34,372 nucleotides of DNA from Microbacteriaceae bacterium (GTDB lineage: Bacteria > Actinomycetota > Actinomycetes > Actinomycetales > Microbacteriaceae). Both the position numbers and the translations under genes were made by a program. Where the stretch lies: contig JAAYAS010000272.1 of assembly GCA_012719255.1 (NCBI GenBank), positions 1 through 34,372 on the forward strand, in the 5' to 3' direction. The notes under the pieces were generated by a model that was not told where the DNA came from, made no database searches, and saw only the letters and a program-made list of their open reading frames with translations. Below are positions 9,896 through 19,340 of the stretch, one piece after another. The number at the start of each line of letters is the position of its first letter. Position 1 is the first letter of the stretch.

Positions 9896-10504
9896 TCAGA
9901 CCGTCTTGGGCGTGGTGACCGTCTCGACGGGGGCGTCGAGCTCCTCGTCGGCGATCCACAGGTCGTCGTCGGCGCGGAAGGTCTGCCACAGGGCGTAGCC
10001 GACCGCGGCGATCGCGGCGACGCCGGCGCCGATGAGGAACCAGCCGCCGACACCGGGGCCGCGGCGCTTCGGGGGCGTCGGGTCGAACTTCTTCTGCAGC
10101 TCGGCGAACTTCTTCGAGGCGTCCTTCGACAGGCCCTCGGCGCGGCCCTGCACCGAGCGCAGGGCGTCGCGGTTCTGGTCGGCGAGCTCGCGCACGGCGC
10201 CGGCCACGCTGCCGCCGGCGGCGACGATCGCGGGGATGACGTTCTTGCTGAGCCCCTTCTCGGCGCTCACCAGTGCGCGGCGGCCGCTCTCGACGCCGCC
10301 CTCGAAGGCGGGCAGCACGTTGCGCTCGTAGGCCTTGCGGATGGGCGGGACGATCTCGGCCTCGGCGTAGTCGCGGGCGCTCTCGCCGGCGCGCGCCGCG
10401 ATCTCGCGGGCGTGCTCGAGCACCGCCTGCTGCTCGCCCCAGAGGCGATCGGCGTCGCGGCGAAGTCGGTTGATCTTGCGCTTCTGCTTGCGGGTCAGGG
10501 CCAT
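9896..10504 (-). CDS. Hypothetical helical protein with a C-terminal TM anchor (occupies the cwsA position)
   Basis: ATG 10504 with GGAGGT RBS (MALTRKQKRK...); amphipathic helical body, single TM (WFLIGAGVAAIAAVGYALW), tail DDDLWIAD; divergent from ppiA. Confidence 0.8.
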   Translation of the reverse strand: MALTRKQKRKINRLRRDADRLWGEQQAVLEHAREIAARAGESARDYAEAEIVPPIRKAYERNVLPAFEGGVESGRRALVSAEKGLSKNVIPAIVAAGGSVAGAVRELADQNRDALRSVQGRAEGLSKDASKKFAELQKKFDPTPPKRRGPGVGGWFLIGAGVAAIAAVGYALWQTFRADDDLWIADEELDAPVETVTTPKTV

Positions 10505-10610
10505 CGCTACCTCCGTGATGGGTTTGTGGTCGCTCTGGGCCAATCGTCGCACGGCCCATCCGGGATGAAGCTGAATCGCGGATGCGCGGGCACGTGGAAG
10601 AATCGCAGGC

Positions 10611-11156
10611 ATGACTCTCACCACCGCCGTCATGACGCTCCGCACGAACAAGGGCGACATCAAGCTCAACCTCTTCGGCCACCACGCGCCGAACACCGTC
10701 AAGGTCATCACCGGCCTCGCCACCGGCGACCTCGAGTGGGTCGACCCCGCCACCGGCGAGAAGAAGCAGGGCACCCCGTTCTACGAGGGCGTGATCTTCC
10801 ACCGCATCATCGCCGACTTCATGCTCCAGGGCGGCGACCGCACCGGCACCGGCACCGGCGGCCCGGGCTTCACCTTCGACGACGAGATCCACCCCGAACT
10901 CGACTTCAACGAGCCCTACAAGCTCGCGATGGCGAACGCCGGCCGCCAGCTCGGCCGCGGCACCAACGGCTCGCAGTTCTTCATCACCACCGCGCCGACG
11001 CAGTGGCTGCAGGGCAAGCACACGATCTTCGGCGAGGTCGCCGACGACGAGTCGAAGCGCGTCGTCGACGCGATCGAGCAGGTCGAGAAGGACGCCCGCG
11101 ACCGTCCCCTCGACGACGTCGTCATCGAGTCGGTCACCGTCGAGCAGGTCGGCTGA
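10611..11156 (+). CDS. ppiA: Cyclophilin-type peptidyl-prolyl cis-trans isomerase
   Basis: FHRII..FM.QGGD.TG.G.GGPG, LAMANAG, TNGSQFFIT, WL.GKHTIFGEV. Confidence 0.95.
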   Translation: MTLTTAVMTLRTNKGDIKLNLFGHHAPNTVKVITGLATGDLEWVDPATGEKKQGTPFYEGVIFHRIIADFMLQGGDRTGTGTGGPGFTFDDEIHPELDFNEPYKLAMANAGRQLGRGTNGSQFFITTAPTQWLQGKHTIFGEVADDESKRVVDAIEQVEKDARDRPLDDVVIESVTVEQVG

Positions 11157-11181
11157 CCCGCTCGACCCGACCGACCGCCAG

Positions 11182-12048
11182 ATGACGCATCGCGACGACG
11201 CCGCACCGAAGGACCCCGCCTCCGGCCGCTCCGACGACCACTGCTACCGGCATCCCGATCGCACGAGCTACGTGCTTTGCCAGCGATGCGCCCGCACCGT
11301 CTGCGGCGACTGCCAGACGCAGGCGCCCGTCGGCGTCATCTGCCCCGAATGCATGGCCGCCGATCGCCGCACCGCTCCGAAGGTGCGGCGATCGCGGTTC
11401 GGGGCCGACGCCCCGGTCGTCACCTATGGGCTGATGGCCGTGATCGGCGTCGTCTACCTCGCCCAGTTCGTCACCCAGCGGCTCGGCTTCCCGATCCTCG
11501 ACGCGCTCGGCATCTACACCTCGGGCTACACCGACCTGCAGCACGGCGTCTACGAGCCGTGGCGGATGCTCACCTCGGCGCTGCTCCACGGCTCGTGGTG
11601 GCACGTCGCGATGAACGCGCTGACGATCTGGATCTTCGGCCGCGCCCTCGAGCCGGCGATCGGCCGGCTCCGCTTCATCCTGCTGCTCATCGCCTCGGCG
11701 CTCGGCGGCTCGTTCGCCGTGGCGCTGCTCGCCCCGAACGTCTGGGTGCTCGGCGCCTCGGGCGCCGCGTTCGGCCTCATCGGCGCCTGGTTCGTCGTGC
11801 TGCGCACGATGCGCGCCGATGTCACGCCGATGATCGTGCTCATCGGCATCAACGTCGTCATGGCCTTCGTCAACCCGATGATCTCGTGGGAGGCGCACCT
11901 CGGCGGCGCGCTCGTCGGCGCCGCGAGCATGGCGCTCATGGTGCGCGATCAGCGGCGCGCGCTGAAGTCGCGTGCCGCGGTCTGGGGCATGATCGCGATC
12001 GCGGTCGCCTGCGTGGTGCTCGCGAGCGTCGTCGGCGCGCTGCGCTGA
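11182..12048 (+). CDS. Rhomboid intramembrane serine protease with an N-terminal Zn-finger (B-box-like)
   Basis: CYRHP...CQRC...CGDC...CPEC N-terminus; WR..T..LH...WH...N; catalytic GASG and SWEAHLGG. Confidence 0.93.
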   Translation: MTHRDDAAPKDPASGRSDDHCYRHPDRTSYVLCQRCARTVCGDCQTQAPVGVICPECMAADRRTAPKVRRSRFGADAPVVTYGLMAVIGVVYLAQFVTQRLGFPILDALGIYTSGYTDLQHGVYEPWRMLTSALLHGSWWHVAMNALTIWIFGRALEPAIGRLRFILLLIASALGGSFAVALLAPNVWVLGASGAAFGLIGAWFVVLRTMRADVTPMIVLIGINVVMAFVNPMISWEAHLGGALVGAASMALMVRDQRRALKSRAAVWGMIAIAVACVVLASVVGALR

Positions 12049-12109
12049 GCGGGCGGCGCTCAGCGCGACAGCGGGGCGGACGCCGCCCGCGGACGGCCTC
12101 CCGTGGAAG

Positions 12110-12130
12110 TTATCCACAGGGTTGTTCACA
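12110..12130 (+). promoter_or_regulatory. Tandem DnaA boxes
   Basis: Perfect TTATCCACA at 12110-12118 and near-consensus TTGTTCACA at 12122-12130 (3-bp spacing) in an AT-enriched patch. Confidence 0.7.
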
Positions 12131-12138
12131 GGTGTGAG

Positions 12139-12160
12139 CGAATTACACCGGTGTGATTCG
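12139..12160. promoter_or_regulatory. 22-bp near-perfect palindrome, candidate dimeric-protein binding site
   Basis: CGAATTACACCGGTGTGATTCG; only one mismatched pair and no loop. Confidence 0.55.
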
Positions 12161-12186
12161 GGGGATTCGCGGCCCGGGACGGGCCG

Positions 12187-12852
12187 CTATTTCCAGTTCG
12201 TCATCATCAGGAACCCGACCATCGCGATGCCGATGCCGACGAGCAGGTTCCAGTCGCCGAGGGGCGTCGGGGCGCGACCGCTCGACAGGTAGTAGACGAG
12301 GATCCAGACGAGCCCGAGCAGCAGGAAGCCGAACATCAGCGGCTTGAACCACACCGGGTTGAGGTCGTCGCGCACCTTCGCGCCGCGCTTCGACGACGAC
12401 GAGTAGCGCAGCTGCTCCTTCGTCATCGACGCCGGGTCGTTCTTGCCCTTCTTGCCCGGCTTCGAGGTCTCCTGCCCGCGGGCCTTCGCCGCGATCTCCT
12501 TCGAGCGCTCGATGCGCGCGCGCTCCGCGGCGCGCCGCTCGGCGGCGGAGAGCTTCTTGCCCTTGCCCTTGCCCTTGCCGTCGGCGCGGTCGGCCTTCGC
12601 GGCGTCCTTCTTGCCGCGCTTCGTCGCGCCCTTCGCGGATGCGGCGGGTGCGACGTCGGCGTCGTCCTCGGCCGCGTCGTCGTTCTCGGGCTCCGGGTCG
12701 ACGTCGTCGAGGTCGTCGGCGGTGGCGGGGCCGTCGGCGTCGGGCGCCGCGTCCTCCGGGGTCTCGTCGAGCTCGGCGCCGGCGTCGACGACGAGGTCGT
12801 CACCCGCCTCGGAATCGTCGGCGGCGTCGTGGATCGGGGACTGCTTGGGCAT
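12187..12852 (-). CDS. crgA: Cell division protein CrgA with a long disordered N-terminal extension
   Basis: C-terminal NPVWFKPLMFGFLLLGLVWILVYYLS...LGDWNLLVGIG...MMTNWK is the CrgA signature; position between rhomboid and sortase. Confidence 0.92.
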   Translation of the reverse strand: MPKQSPIHDAADDSEAGDDLVVDAGAELDETPEDAAPDADGPATADDLDDVDPEPENDDAAEDDADVAPAASAKGATKRGKKDAAKADRADGKGKGKGKKLSAAERRAAERARIERSKEIAAKARGQETSKPGKKGKNDPASMTKEQLRYSSSSKRGAKVRDDLNPVWFKPLMFGFLLLGLVWILVYYLSSGRAPTPLGDWNLLVGIGIAMVGFLMMTNWK

Positions 12853-12859
12853 GCGCGAC

Positions 12860-12877
12860 AGTCTACCGACCTACAAT
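12860..12877. promoter_or_regulatory. Back-to-back -10 elements for leaderless crgA and sortase transcripts
   Basis: Minus strand TAGACT (12865-12860) lies 7 nt before the crgA ATG; plus strand TACAAT (12872-12877) lies 7 nt before ATG 12885; no SD on either side. Confidence 0.65.
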
Positions 12878-12884
12878 GGCCGCC

Positions 12885-13685
12885 ATGACCTCAGCCAGGC
12901 ACGACCGCAACGGCCGCCGCCGACGCCGTTCAGCGGCCCCCCGCCGTCGGATCACCGTCTCCGGAGTGCTCGGCGAGCTCCTCGTGACGCTCGGCGTCAC
13001 GCTGCTGCTCTTCCTCGGATGGAAGTACTGGCTCAACGACATCATCACCGGGAACGAGGAGATCGCGGCGAGCACCCAGCTCAGCGAGCGGCTCGCCGAG
13101 GAGGCCGAGTCGGCCGATCCGGTCGAGGCCGACGAGCGCGGCGTGCCGATCCGACCGATCCCGCAGCAGACCGCGCAGGAGTTCGCGGTGATGTACGTGC
13201 CGGCCTTCGGCGACGACTGGTCGCGGCGCATCGCCGCCGACGTCGACCGCCCGGCCGTGCTCGACCAGTACTTCATCGGCGCCTACATGGACTCCGACCC
13301 GGTCGGCTCGGTCGGCAACTTCGTCGTGGCCGGCCACCGCATCGGCGCCGGCAGCCCGATGGGCCAGCAGCCCGATCTGCAGTTCGGCGACCGCGTCTAC
13401 ATCGAGACGGTCGACGGCTGGTACGTCTACGAGTACCGCTCGGCCGAGTACGTGCTGCCGAACGAGGTCTCGGTGCTCGCGCCGGTGCCCCGCCACCCCG
13501 AGCTGCCCGCATCCGAGCGCGTGATGGTGCTGCTCACCTGCAATCCGCTCTTCTCGGTCGACGAGCGGCTCATCACCTACACGACGCTCGTGGAGTTCGT
13601 GCCGCGCGCCGATGGACCGCCCGAGGAGATCGAGGCCGCCTTCGACGCCCGCAGCGACGGCCAGGACCATGGAGGGGATCTCTGA
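12885..13685 (+). CDS. Class E sortase
   Basis: N-terminal GELLVTLG TM anchor, GNFVVAGHR (His), LLTCNP (Cys), ERLI (Arg). Start set at ATG 12885 (alternative 12876). Confidence 0.88.
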   Translation: MTSARHDRNGRRRRRSAAPRRRITVSGVLGELLVTLGVTLLLFLGWKYWLNDIITGNEEIAASTQLSERLAEEAESADPVEADERGVPIRPIPQQTAQEFAVMYVPAFGDDWSRRIAADVDRPAVLDQYFIGAYMDSDPVGSVGNFVVAGHRIGAGSPMGQQPDLQFGDRVYIETVDGWYVYEYRSAEYVLPNEVSVLAPVPRHPELPASERVMVLLTCNPLFSVDERLITYTTLVEFVPRADGPPEEIEAAFDARSDGQDHGGDL

Positions 13686-13858
13686 TGTACGGAGCGCTCT
13701 GGCGCGTGCTGCCCGGCCCGTGGCCGGTCAAGCTGCTGATCCTGCTGGTGCTCATCGCGCTCGCGCTGTGGGCGATGGTCACCTGGCTGTTCCCCTGGAT
13801 CGACACCTTCCTGCCCGACCTGCTCCCCGAGGGCGACGTCACCATCTCCGAGACCTGA
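13685..13858 (+). CDS. Small (57 aa) membrane protein
   Basis: MYGALWRVLPGPWPVKLLILLVL...WLFPW; TGATG coupling to the sortase stop and GGAGGG RBS; this family commonly follows class E sortase at this locus. Confidence 0.78.
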   Translation: MYGALWRVLPGPWPVKLLILLVLIALALWAMVTWLFPWIDTFLPDLLPEGDVTISET

Positions 13859-13930
13859 CCGGCCGCGGCGCGGCCTCACCCCGGCGCACCGAGCACCGCC
13901 CCAGTGCACTGAGGAGCACCCCTGCGCCCA

Positions 13931-14000
13931 TCGAAGCGCCGCACCACCAGCGCACTGAGCCTGGCGAAGCGCCCGGTTGCGCTGTCGAAGCGCCCGGCTG
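13931..14000. repeat. Degenerate REP-like arms of the family found inside selA
   Basis: GCACTGAGCCTGGCGAAG (13952-13969) is 16/18 identical to the reverse complement of CTTCGACGGGCTCAGTGC in selA; three CGAAGCGCC remnants nearby. Confidence 0.5.
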
Positions 14001-14015
14001 CGCAGCCCCTGCGGC

Positions 14016-15845
14016 TCAGCCCTGGTCGTCGACGTCGCCGGGGTCGCCCGGCGGCGGCGGTGCATCGGACGGCACCTCGACCCCGCCGTCGCCGCCGTCG
14101 CCCTCGCCCGGATCGGGCTCGTCGGGCGCCTCCTCGCCGGTGCAGAACGCGAGTCCCACCTGCGAGCGCTGGTCGACCTGCCCCGGGGGCACCGACATGT
14201 TCACGATCGGCTGGCCGTGCTCGGCGACGCAGGTGTCGTCGGGCTGGCGCACGACCATCAGGCCGAGACCGCCCACGATCTCCTCGGCGTCGGCGAGCGA
14301 CATGCCGCGGAGGTCGGGCAGCGTCACCTTGCCGTTCGACACGAACACGTCGACCGCCGAGTCCGGCGCCGCGGGCCGGCCGATCGCCGGGTTCGAGCGG
14401 ATCACCTCGCCGGCCGGCACCGACGGCGAGTCCTCGCTCGTCACGGTGCCGAGCCGCAGGCCCGCATCCTCGAGCGCCGCCTTCGCCTCGTCCTCCGACA
14501 TGCCCGCGATATCGGGCACCGCGATCGACGAGGGCCCCGCCGACACGGTCAGCGTCACCACGTGCTCGTGCGCGACCGAGGCGCCCGCGGGGGGATTCGT
14601 CGAGATCACCGCGTCGACCTCGACGTCCTCGCTCCGCTGCGTCTCGACCTTCCAGCGCAGGCCGACCTCCTCGATGTCGGAGATCGCCTCCTCGCGCTGC
14701 AGGCCGACCACATCGGGAACGCTCACGCTCGCATCCGGCAGCTGGCCCTCGTTCGAGATCAGCGACACCCACACGAGCACGCCCACGATCACCGCGGCGA
14801 CGAGCGCCGCCGCGCCCCAGATCCACATCGCCGGCGGACGGCGCTGCACCTCCGGCGCGCGGTCGTCGTCGGTGCGCATCGCGTTGAGCGCCGACTCGGT
14901 CGCGTCGACCGCGCTCGGCCCCGGGCCGAACAGCTCGGTCGGCGCCTCGGCCGCTCCCGCCGTGGCGAGCACACGGGTGTGCGCGGGCATCACGCCGTCG
15001 AACGCGGCCATGAGGTCGGCGCGGAACTCCGCCGCCGTCTGGTACCGGTCCTCGCGGCGCTTCGCGAGCGCGCGCTGCACCACCGCATCCAGGGCGGGCG
15101 ACACCGCCGGGTTCAGGCGGCTCGCCGGCACCGGCGGCTCGGTGACGTGCTGGTAGGCGACCGCCACGGCCGAATCGCCCATGAACGGCACCCGGCCGGT
15201 GAGCATCTCGTAGAGCACCACGCCCGCCGAGTAGAGGTCGCTGCGGCCGTCGACCGTCTCGCCGCGCGCCTGCTCGGGCGAGAAGTACGAGGCCGTGCCG
15301 AGGATCGCCGTCGTCTGCGCGATCGTGCCGGCCGTATCGGAGATCGCGCGCGCGATGCCGAAGTCGGTGACCTTCACCTCGTCGTCGCGGGTGATCATCA
15401 CGTTGCCGGGCTTGATGTCGCGGTGCACGACGCCCGCGCGGTGCGAGTACTCGAGCGAGGTGAGCAGGCCCGACATGTACTTCGCGATGCGCTCGTCGGA
15501 GAGCCGGCCCTCGCTCATCGCGTCGCGCAGCTGCACGCCGTCGATGAACTCCATGACGATGTACGGCACGATGACCTCGAAGCCGTCGTTGCGCACGAAC
15601 GTGTCCTCGCCGGCGTCGAACACGCGCACGATCGTCGGATGCGTCATGCGCGCGGCGGCCTGCGCCTCCTGCCGGAAGCGGGTGCGGAACTCGGCCTCGG
15701 TGGCGAGGTTCGTGTGGAGGAGCTTCACGGCGACCCGGCGCCCGAGCCGTTCGTCGGTCGCCGCGTACACCTCGGCCATCCCGCCGCGTCCGACGCGACG
15801 GCCGATGCTGTAGCGCCCGGCGAGGGTGCGCTCGCCCTGGATCAC
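14016..15845 (-). CDS. pknB: Ser/Thr protein kinase PknB with about 3 PASTA domains
   Basis: GTG start at 15845 with GAAGGAG RBS; [39 protein letters not shown]; TM; three VP/LPDxxG PASTA starts. Confidence 0.94.
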   Translation of the reverse strand: MIQGERTLAGRYSIGRRVGRGGMAEVYAATDERLGRRVAVKLLHTNLATEAEFRTRFRQEAQAAARMTHPTIVRVFDAGEDTFVRNDGFEVIVPYIVMEFIDGVQLRDAMSEGRLSDERIAKYMSGLLTSLEYSHRAGVVHRDIKPGNVMITRDDEVKVTDFGIARAISDTAGTIAQTTAILGTASYFSPEQARGETVDGRSDLYSAGVVLYEMLTGRVPFMGDSAVAVAYQHVTEPPVPASRLNPAVSPALDAVVQRALAKRREDRYQTAAEFRADLMAAFDGVMPAHTRVLATAGAAEAPTELFGPGPSAVDATESALNAMRTDDDRAPEVQRRPPAMWIWGAAALVAAVIVGVLVWVSLISNEGQLPDASVSVPDVVGLQREEAISDIEEVGLRWKVETQRSEDVEVDAVISTNPPAGASVAHEHVVTLTVSAGPSSIAVPDIAGMSEDEAKAALEDAGLRLGTVTSEDSPSVPAGEVIRSNPAIGRPAAPDSAVDVFVSNGKVTLPDLRGMSLADAEEIVGGLGLMVVRQPDDTCVAEHGQPIVNMSVPPGQVDQRSQVGLAFCTGEEAPDEPDPGEGDGGDGGVEVPSDAPPPPGDPGDVDDQG

Positions 15846-16002
15846 GAGGCGGTCTCCTTCGATGTCGTTCCATCGCGCCGGCCGCGCGACCACTCCGGGT
15901 CGCCGCCGCACGCGCGTAAGCCCCTATGGTAACGACCGTCGCACGAGGCGACATCCTTCCCGGGGCGGTACCGGCGTCGCCGGTGGTCGGGGATGCGGAG
16001 GA

Positions 16003-17883
16003 TCAGTTCTGCTCGTCGCCGTCGCCCGGGTCGCCGGGCTGGGGCGTCTCGGTCTCGATCACGACGGCGAAGGTCATCTCGCCCTCGCGGCTCGGCGACC
16101 AGTCGGTCTGCTCGCCGTTGCAGATCGGCGCGTACTTCGCCGTCACCGTCACCTTCGGCGTCGTGTCGTCGTCGCGGGTGACGCGGTACTCGAGCTGCCG
16201 GTCGGTGGTGCGCTGCGGGTCGCTCACGTCGATGCGGCCGCCGTCCGAGGCCTCGGCCTGCACGACGTAGCCGTCGAGCGACTGGCCGGGCGGGCACTGG
16301 TAGGCGTCCCACGACACGAGCATCGAGCCCTCGCCGCGGTCGGTGATCGACGGCGCGGCGCCCGGCTTCTCGGCCTTCATCACCTCGCCGTAGACCGACA
16401 CGCTCACGTTCGAGCGCAGCGGCACGTTGCCGGTGGGGTTGACGCCCGACACGGTGCCCTCGAGGTCGGCCGAGGGCGCGGGTCCGCCGTCGGCGCGCAC
16501 CGGGTGCAGGCCGAGCTCGCGCAGCCGGTCGGCCGCGTCGTCGTAGTCGAGGCCGATGTACTCGTCGGCGTTCACGACGACGGTGTCGGCGGTCTCGGTC
16601 GGCGTCGACGTCGGCGGGGTCGACGCGGTCGTCGTCGGAGCGGCGGTCGGGGTCTCGGTCGCGGCCGGCTCGTCGTCGCTCATCATCGCGAACGCGAACA
16701 GCGCGAGCGCGAGCGCGAGCAGCACGATCGCGGCGATGAGGATCCACTTCCACGCCTCGGCCTTCTTCGGCGCGTCGTCCTCGTCTTCGCGCAGGCCCTC
16801 GACCTCGCGGGCCTGGCGGGCCTCGGCGCGGGTCATCGGCGCGGCGGCCGCGGCCCCCGCGGCACCGGAACCCGCGGCGGCGCCGGCGGCACCGGCCGCG
16901 CCGCCGGCGAGCAGCGCGTCGAAGTCGCTCGTGTCGTCGCTGTCGAGCACCGAGGTGCGATCGGATGCGGCGAGCACCTGGGTGCGGTCGAGCGGCGCGG
17001 TCGTCGCGAGCACCTCGTCGTCGTCGGCCATCACCGCGGGCACGGCGCGGGCCGCCGCGGCGACGTCGCCGGACTTCAGCGCGCGCGCCGCGCGGGCGAA
17101 CGCGTCGGCCGACTCGGGGCGGTCCTTCGGGTCCTTCGCGAGCGACGAGAGCACGAGGTTGCGCACGGGCTCGGGCACGGTCACCGGCAGCGCCGGCGGC
17201 TCGTCGTTGATGTGCGCCATCGCGATCGCGACCTGCGACTCGCCGGTGAAGGGGCGGCGGCCCGCGAGGCACTCGTAGGCGACGATGCCGAGCGAGTAGA
17301 TGTCGGTCGAGGGGGTCGCCGGGTGGCCCGAGGCCTGCTCGGGCGAGAGGTACTGCACGGTGCCCATCACCTGGCCGGTGGCGGTGAGCGGCACCTGGTC
17401 GGCGATGCGGGCGATGCCGAAGTCGGTGATCTTCACCCGGTGGTCGGGCGTGATGAGCAGGTTGCCGGGCTTGATGTCGCGGTGCACGAGCCCCGCCTTG
17501 TGGGCGGCGGCGAGCGCCGAGGCGGTCTGGGCGACGATGTCCATGACCTGCTCGCCGGGCAGCACCCGCTCGCGCTCGAGGATCGTCGACAGCGCCTCGC
17601 CGGGCACGAGCTCCATGACGAGGTACGCCGAGCCGTCCTCCTCGCCGTAGTCGTAGACGTTGGCGATGCCCTCGTGGTTCACGAGCGCGGCGTGCCGGGC
17701 CTCGGCGCGGAAGCGCTCGAGGAAGCCGGGGTCGCCCATGTACTCGTCCTTGAGGATCTTGATCGCGACCTGGCGCCCGATCACCAGATCGGTCGCCTCC
17801 CACACCTCGCCCATCCCGCCGATGGCGATGCGGCTGCCGAGCTGGTACCGGCTGCCGAAGGTGACTCCCTGTCCAGGCCTCAT
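16003..17883 (-). CDS. pknA: Ser/Thr protein kinase PknA-like with extracellular PASTA-like and FN3-like domains
   Basis: [34 protein letters not shown]; TM; Thr/Pro linker; located between pbpA and pknB. Confidence 0.9.
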   Translation of the reverse strand: MRPGQGVTFGSRYQLGSRIAIGGMGEVWEATDLVIGRQVAIKILKDEYMGDPGFLERFRAEARHAALVNHEGIANVYDYGEEDGSAYLVMELVPGEALSTILERERVLPGEQVMDIVAQTASALAAAHKAGLVHRDIKPGNLLITPDHRVKITDFGIARIADQVPLTATGQVMGTVQYLSPEQASGHPATPSTDIYSLGIVAYECLAGRRPFTGESQVAIAMAHINDEPPALPVTVPEPVRNLVLSSLAKDPKDRPESADAFARAARALKSGDVAAAARAVPAVMADDDEVLATTAPLDRTQVLAASDRTSVLDSDDTSDFDALLAGGAAGAAGAAAGSGAAGAAAAAPMTRAEARQAREVEGLREDEDDAPKKAEAWKWILIAAIVLLALALALFAFAMMSDDEPAATETPTAAPTTTASTPPTSTPTETADTVVVNADEYIGLDYDDAADRLRELGLHPVRADGGPAPSADLEGTVSGVNPTGNVPLRSNVSVSVYGEVMKAEKPGAAPSITDRGEGSMLVSWDAYQCPPGQSLDGYVVQAEASDGGRIDVSDPQRTTDRQLEYRVTRDDDTTPKVTVTAKYAPICNGEQTDWSPSREGEMTFAVVIETETPQPGDPGDGDEQN

Positions 17884-19340
17884 ATCTCGAGCACCGCCTT
17901 CATCACTTGCTGTCCAATCGTCGCGGCGAGGCCGTTGCCCGTGCCGCTCTGCCCCATGCCGCCGCCGTCCTCGAGGACGACCGCCACGGCGACCTGCACG
18001 CCCTCGTGCTCGGCGAACCCGGTGAACCAGAGCGAGTACGGTTCATCGGGCCCATTCTCCGCCGTTCCGGTCTTGCCCGCCACCTCGACGCCGTCGATGC
18101 GCGCGTTCGAGGCGACGCCGGTCGCGACGCTGTCGCGCATCATCGAGGCGAGCGCGGAGGCGGTCGACTCGCTGATCGGGCTGCCGAACTCGTCGATGTG
18201 CTGGCGCTCGATCACCTGCAGCGACGGCGTCATCACCTGCTCGACGAGCGTCGGCTGCATGAGCACGCCGCCGTTCGCGACCGAGGCCGACACGAGCGCC
18301 ATCTGCAGCGGCGTGGTGCGCACGTCGAACTGGCCGAAGCCGGTGAGCGCGGTCTGCGCGTCGTCGAGGTCGTCGGCGGGGTAGGTGCTCGGCGTCGAGA
18401 GCATCGGCACGGCGAAGGCGTGGTTGAAGCCGAACGCCTCGGCCATCGCCCGCAGCTGCTCGTCGCCGAGCTTCACCGCGAGCTGCGCGAACGGGATGTT
18501 GCACGACATCTCGAGCGCGGTGCGCAGCGTCGTGTTCTCGCCGTCGCCGCACTTCGCGCCGTGCACGGGGTTGTAGATCGTGTGGTCGGTGCCGGGGAGC
18601 TTCCACTCGGCGGGGTTCGGCAGCTTGCCGTCGGGGGTGGCGATGCCGGCCTCGAGCGCCGCCGCGGCGACGATGATCTTGAACACCGAGCCGGGCGGGT
18701 TGAGGTCGCCGGCGATGGCCCGGTTGTGCATCGGGCCGTCGGGGTCGGCGAGCAGCGCCTCGTAGTTGCGGATGACCTCGTCGTCGTCGTGCATCGCGAG
18801 GCTGTTCGGGTCGAAGGTCGGCGTCGACACCATGGCGAGGATGCCGCCGGTCGAGGGGTCGATCGCGACGACCGCGCCCTTCTGGTCGCCGAGCGCGGCG
18901 AGGGCGGCCTCCTGGGCGGCGGCGTCGATGGTGAGCTCGACGGCGGCGCCGGCCGGCCGGTCGCCGGTGAACAGGCGCTGCAGGCTCGTGAAGAACTGCG
19001 AGTCGGAGGCGCCCGAGAGCTCGCCGTTCATCGCCTGCTCGATGCCGGTCGCGCCCTGGTTCGCCGAGTAGTAGCCGGTGACCGCCGAGTAGAGGTTCGG
19101 CTGGTCGTAGGTGCGCTGGAACATGTAGTCGGTGCCGTCGGGCACCGAGTCGACGATCGGCGTGCCGTCGACGAGGATCGGGCCGCGCTGCACCTGGTAG
19201 CTCGCGAGCAGCGAGCGGGTGTTGCGGCCGTCGTCGGCGAGACTCGGCGCCTGGAACACCTGGATGTAGGTCGACGAGCCGAACAGGGCGAGGAACATCA
19301 CCAGCACGAACACGCCCACGAGGCGGATGCTCTTGCTCAT
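17880..19340 (-). CDS. pbpA: Class B penicillin-binding protein PbpA
   Basis: ATG 19340 (MSKSIRLV), ATGA overlap with rodA; SxxK (SVFK), SxN (SCN), KTG motifs. Confidence 0.93.
   Translation of the reverse strand: MSKSIRLVGVFVLVMFLALFGSSTYIQVFQAPSLADDGRNTRSLLASYQVQRGPILVDGTPIVDSVPDGTDYMFQRTYDQPNLYSAVTGYYSANQGATGIEQAMNGELSGASDSQFFTSLQRLFTGDRPAGAAVELTIDAAAQEAALAALGDQKGAVVAIDPSTGGILAMVSTPTFDPNSLAMHDDDEVIRNYEALLADPDGPMHNRAIAGDLNPPGSVFKIIVAAAALEAGIATPDGKLPNPAEWKLPGTDHTIYNPVHGAKCGDGENTTLRTALEMSCNIPFAQLAVKLGDEQLRAMAEAFGFNHAFAVPMLSTPSTYPADDLDDAQTALTGFGQFDVRTTPLQMALVSASVANGGVLMQPTLVEQVMTPSLQVIERQHIDEFGSPISESTASALASMMRDSVATGVASNARIDGVEVAGKTGTAENGPDEPYSLWFTGFAEHEGVQVAVAVVLEDGGGMGQSGTGNGLAATIGQQVMKAVLEI

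Noticed and set aside
12100-12160. oriC
   Set aside because: Only two good DnaA boxes, no extended AT-rich unwinding element, and not adjacent to dnaA/dnaN.
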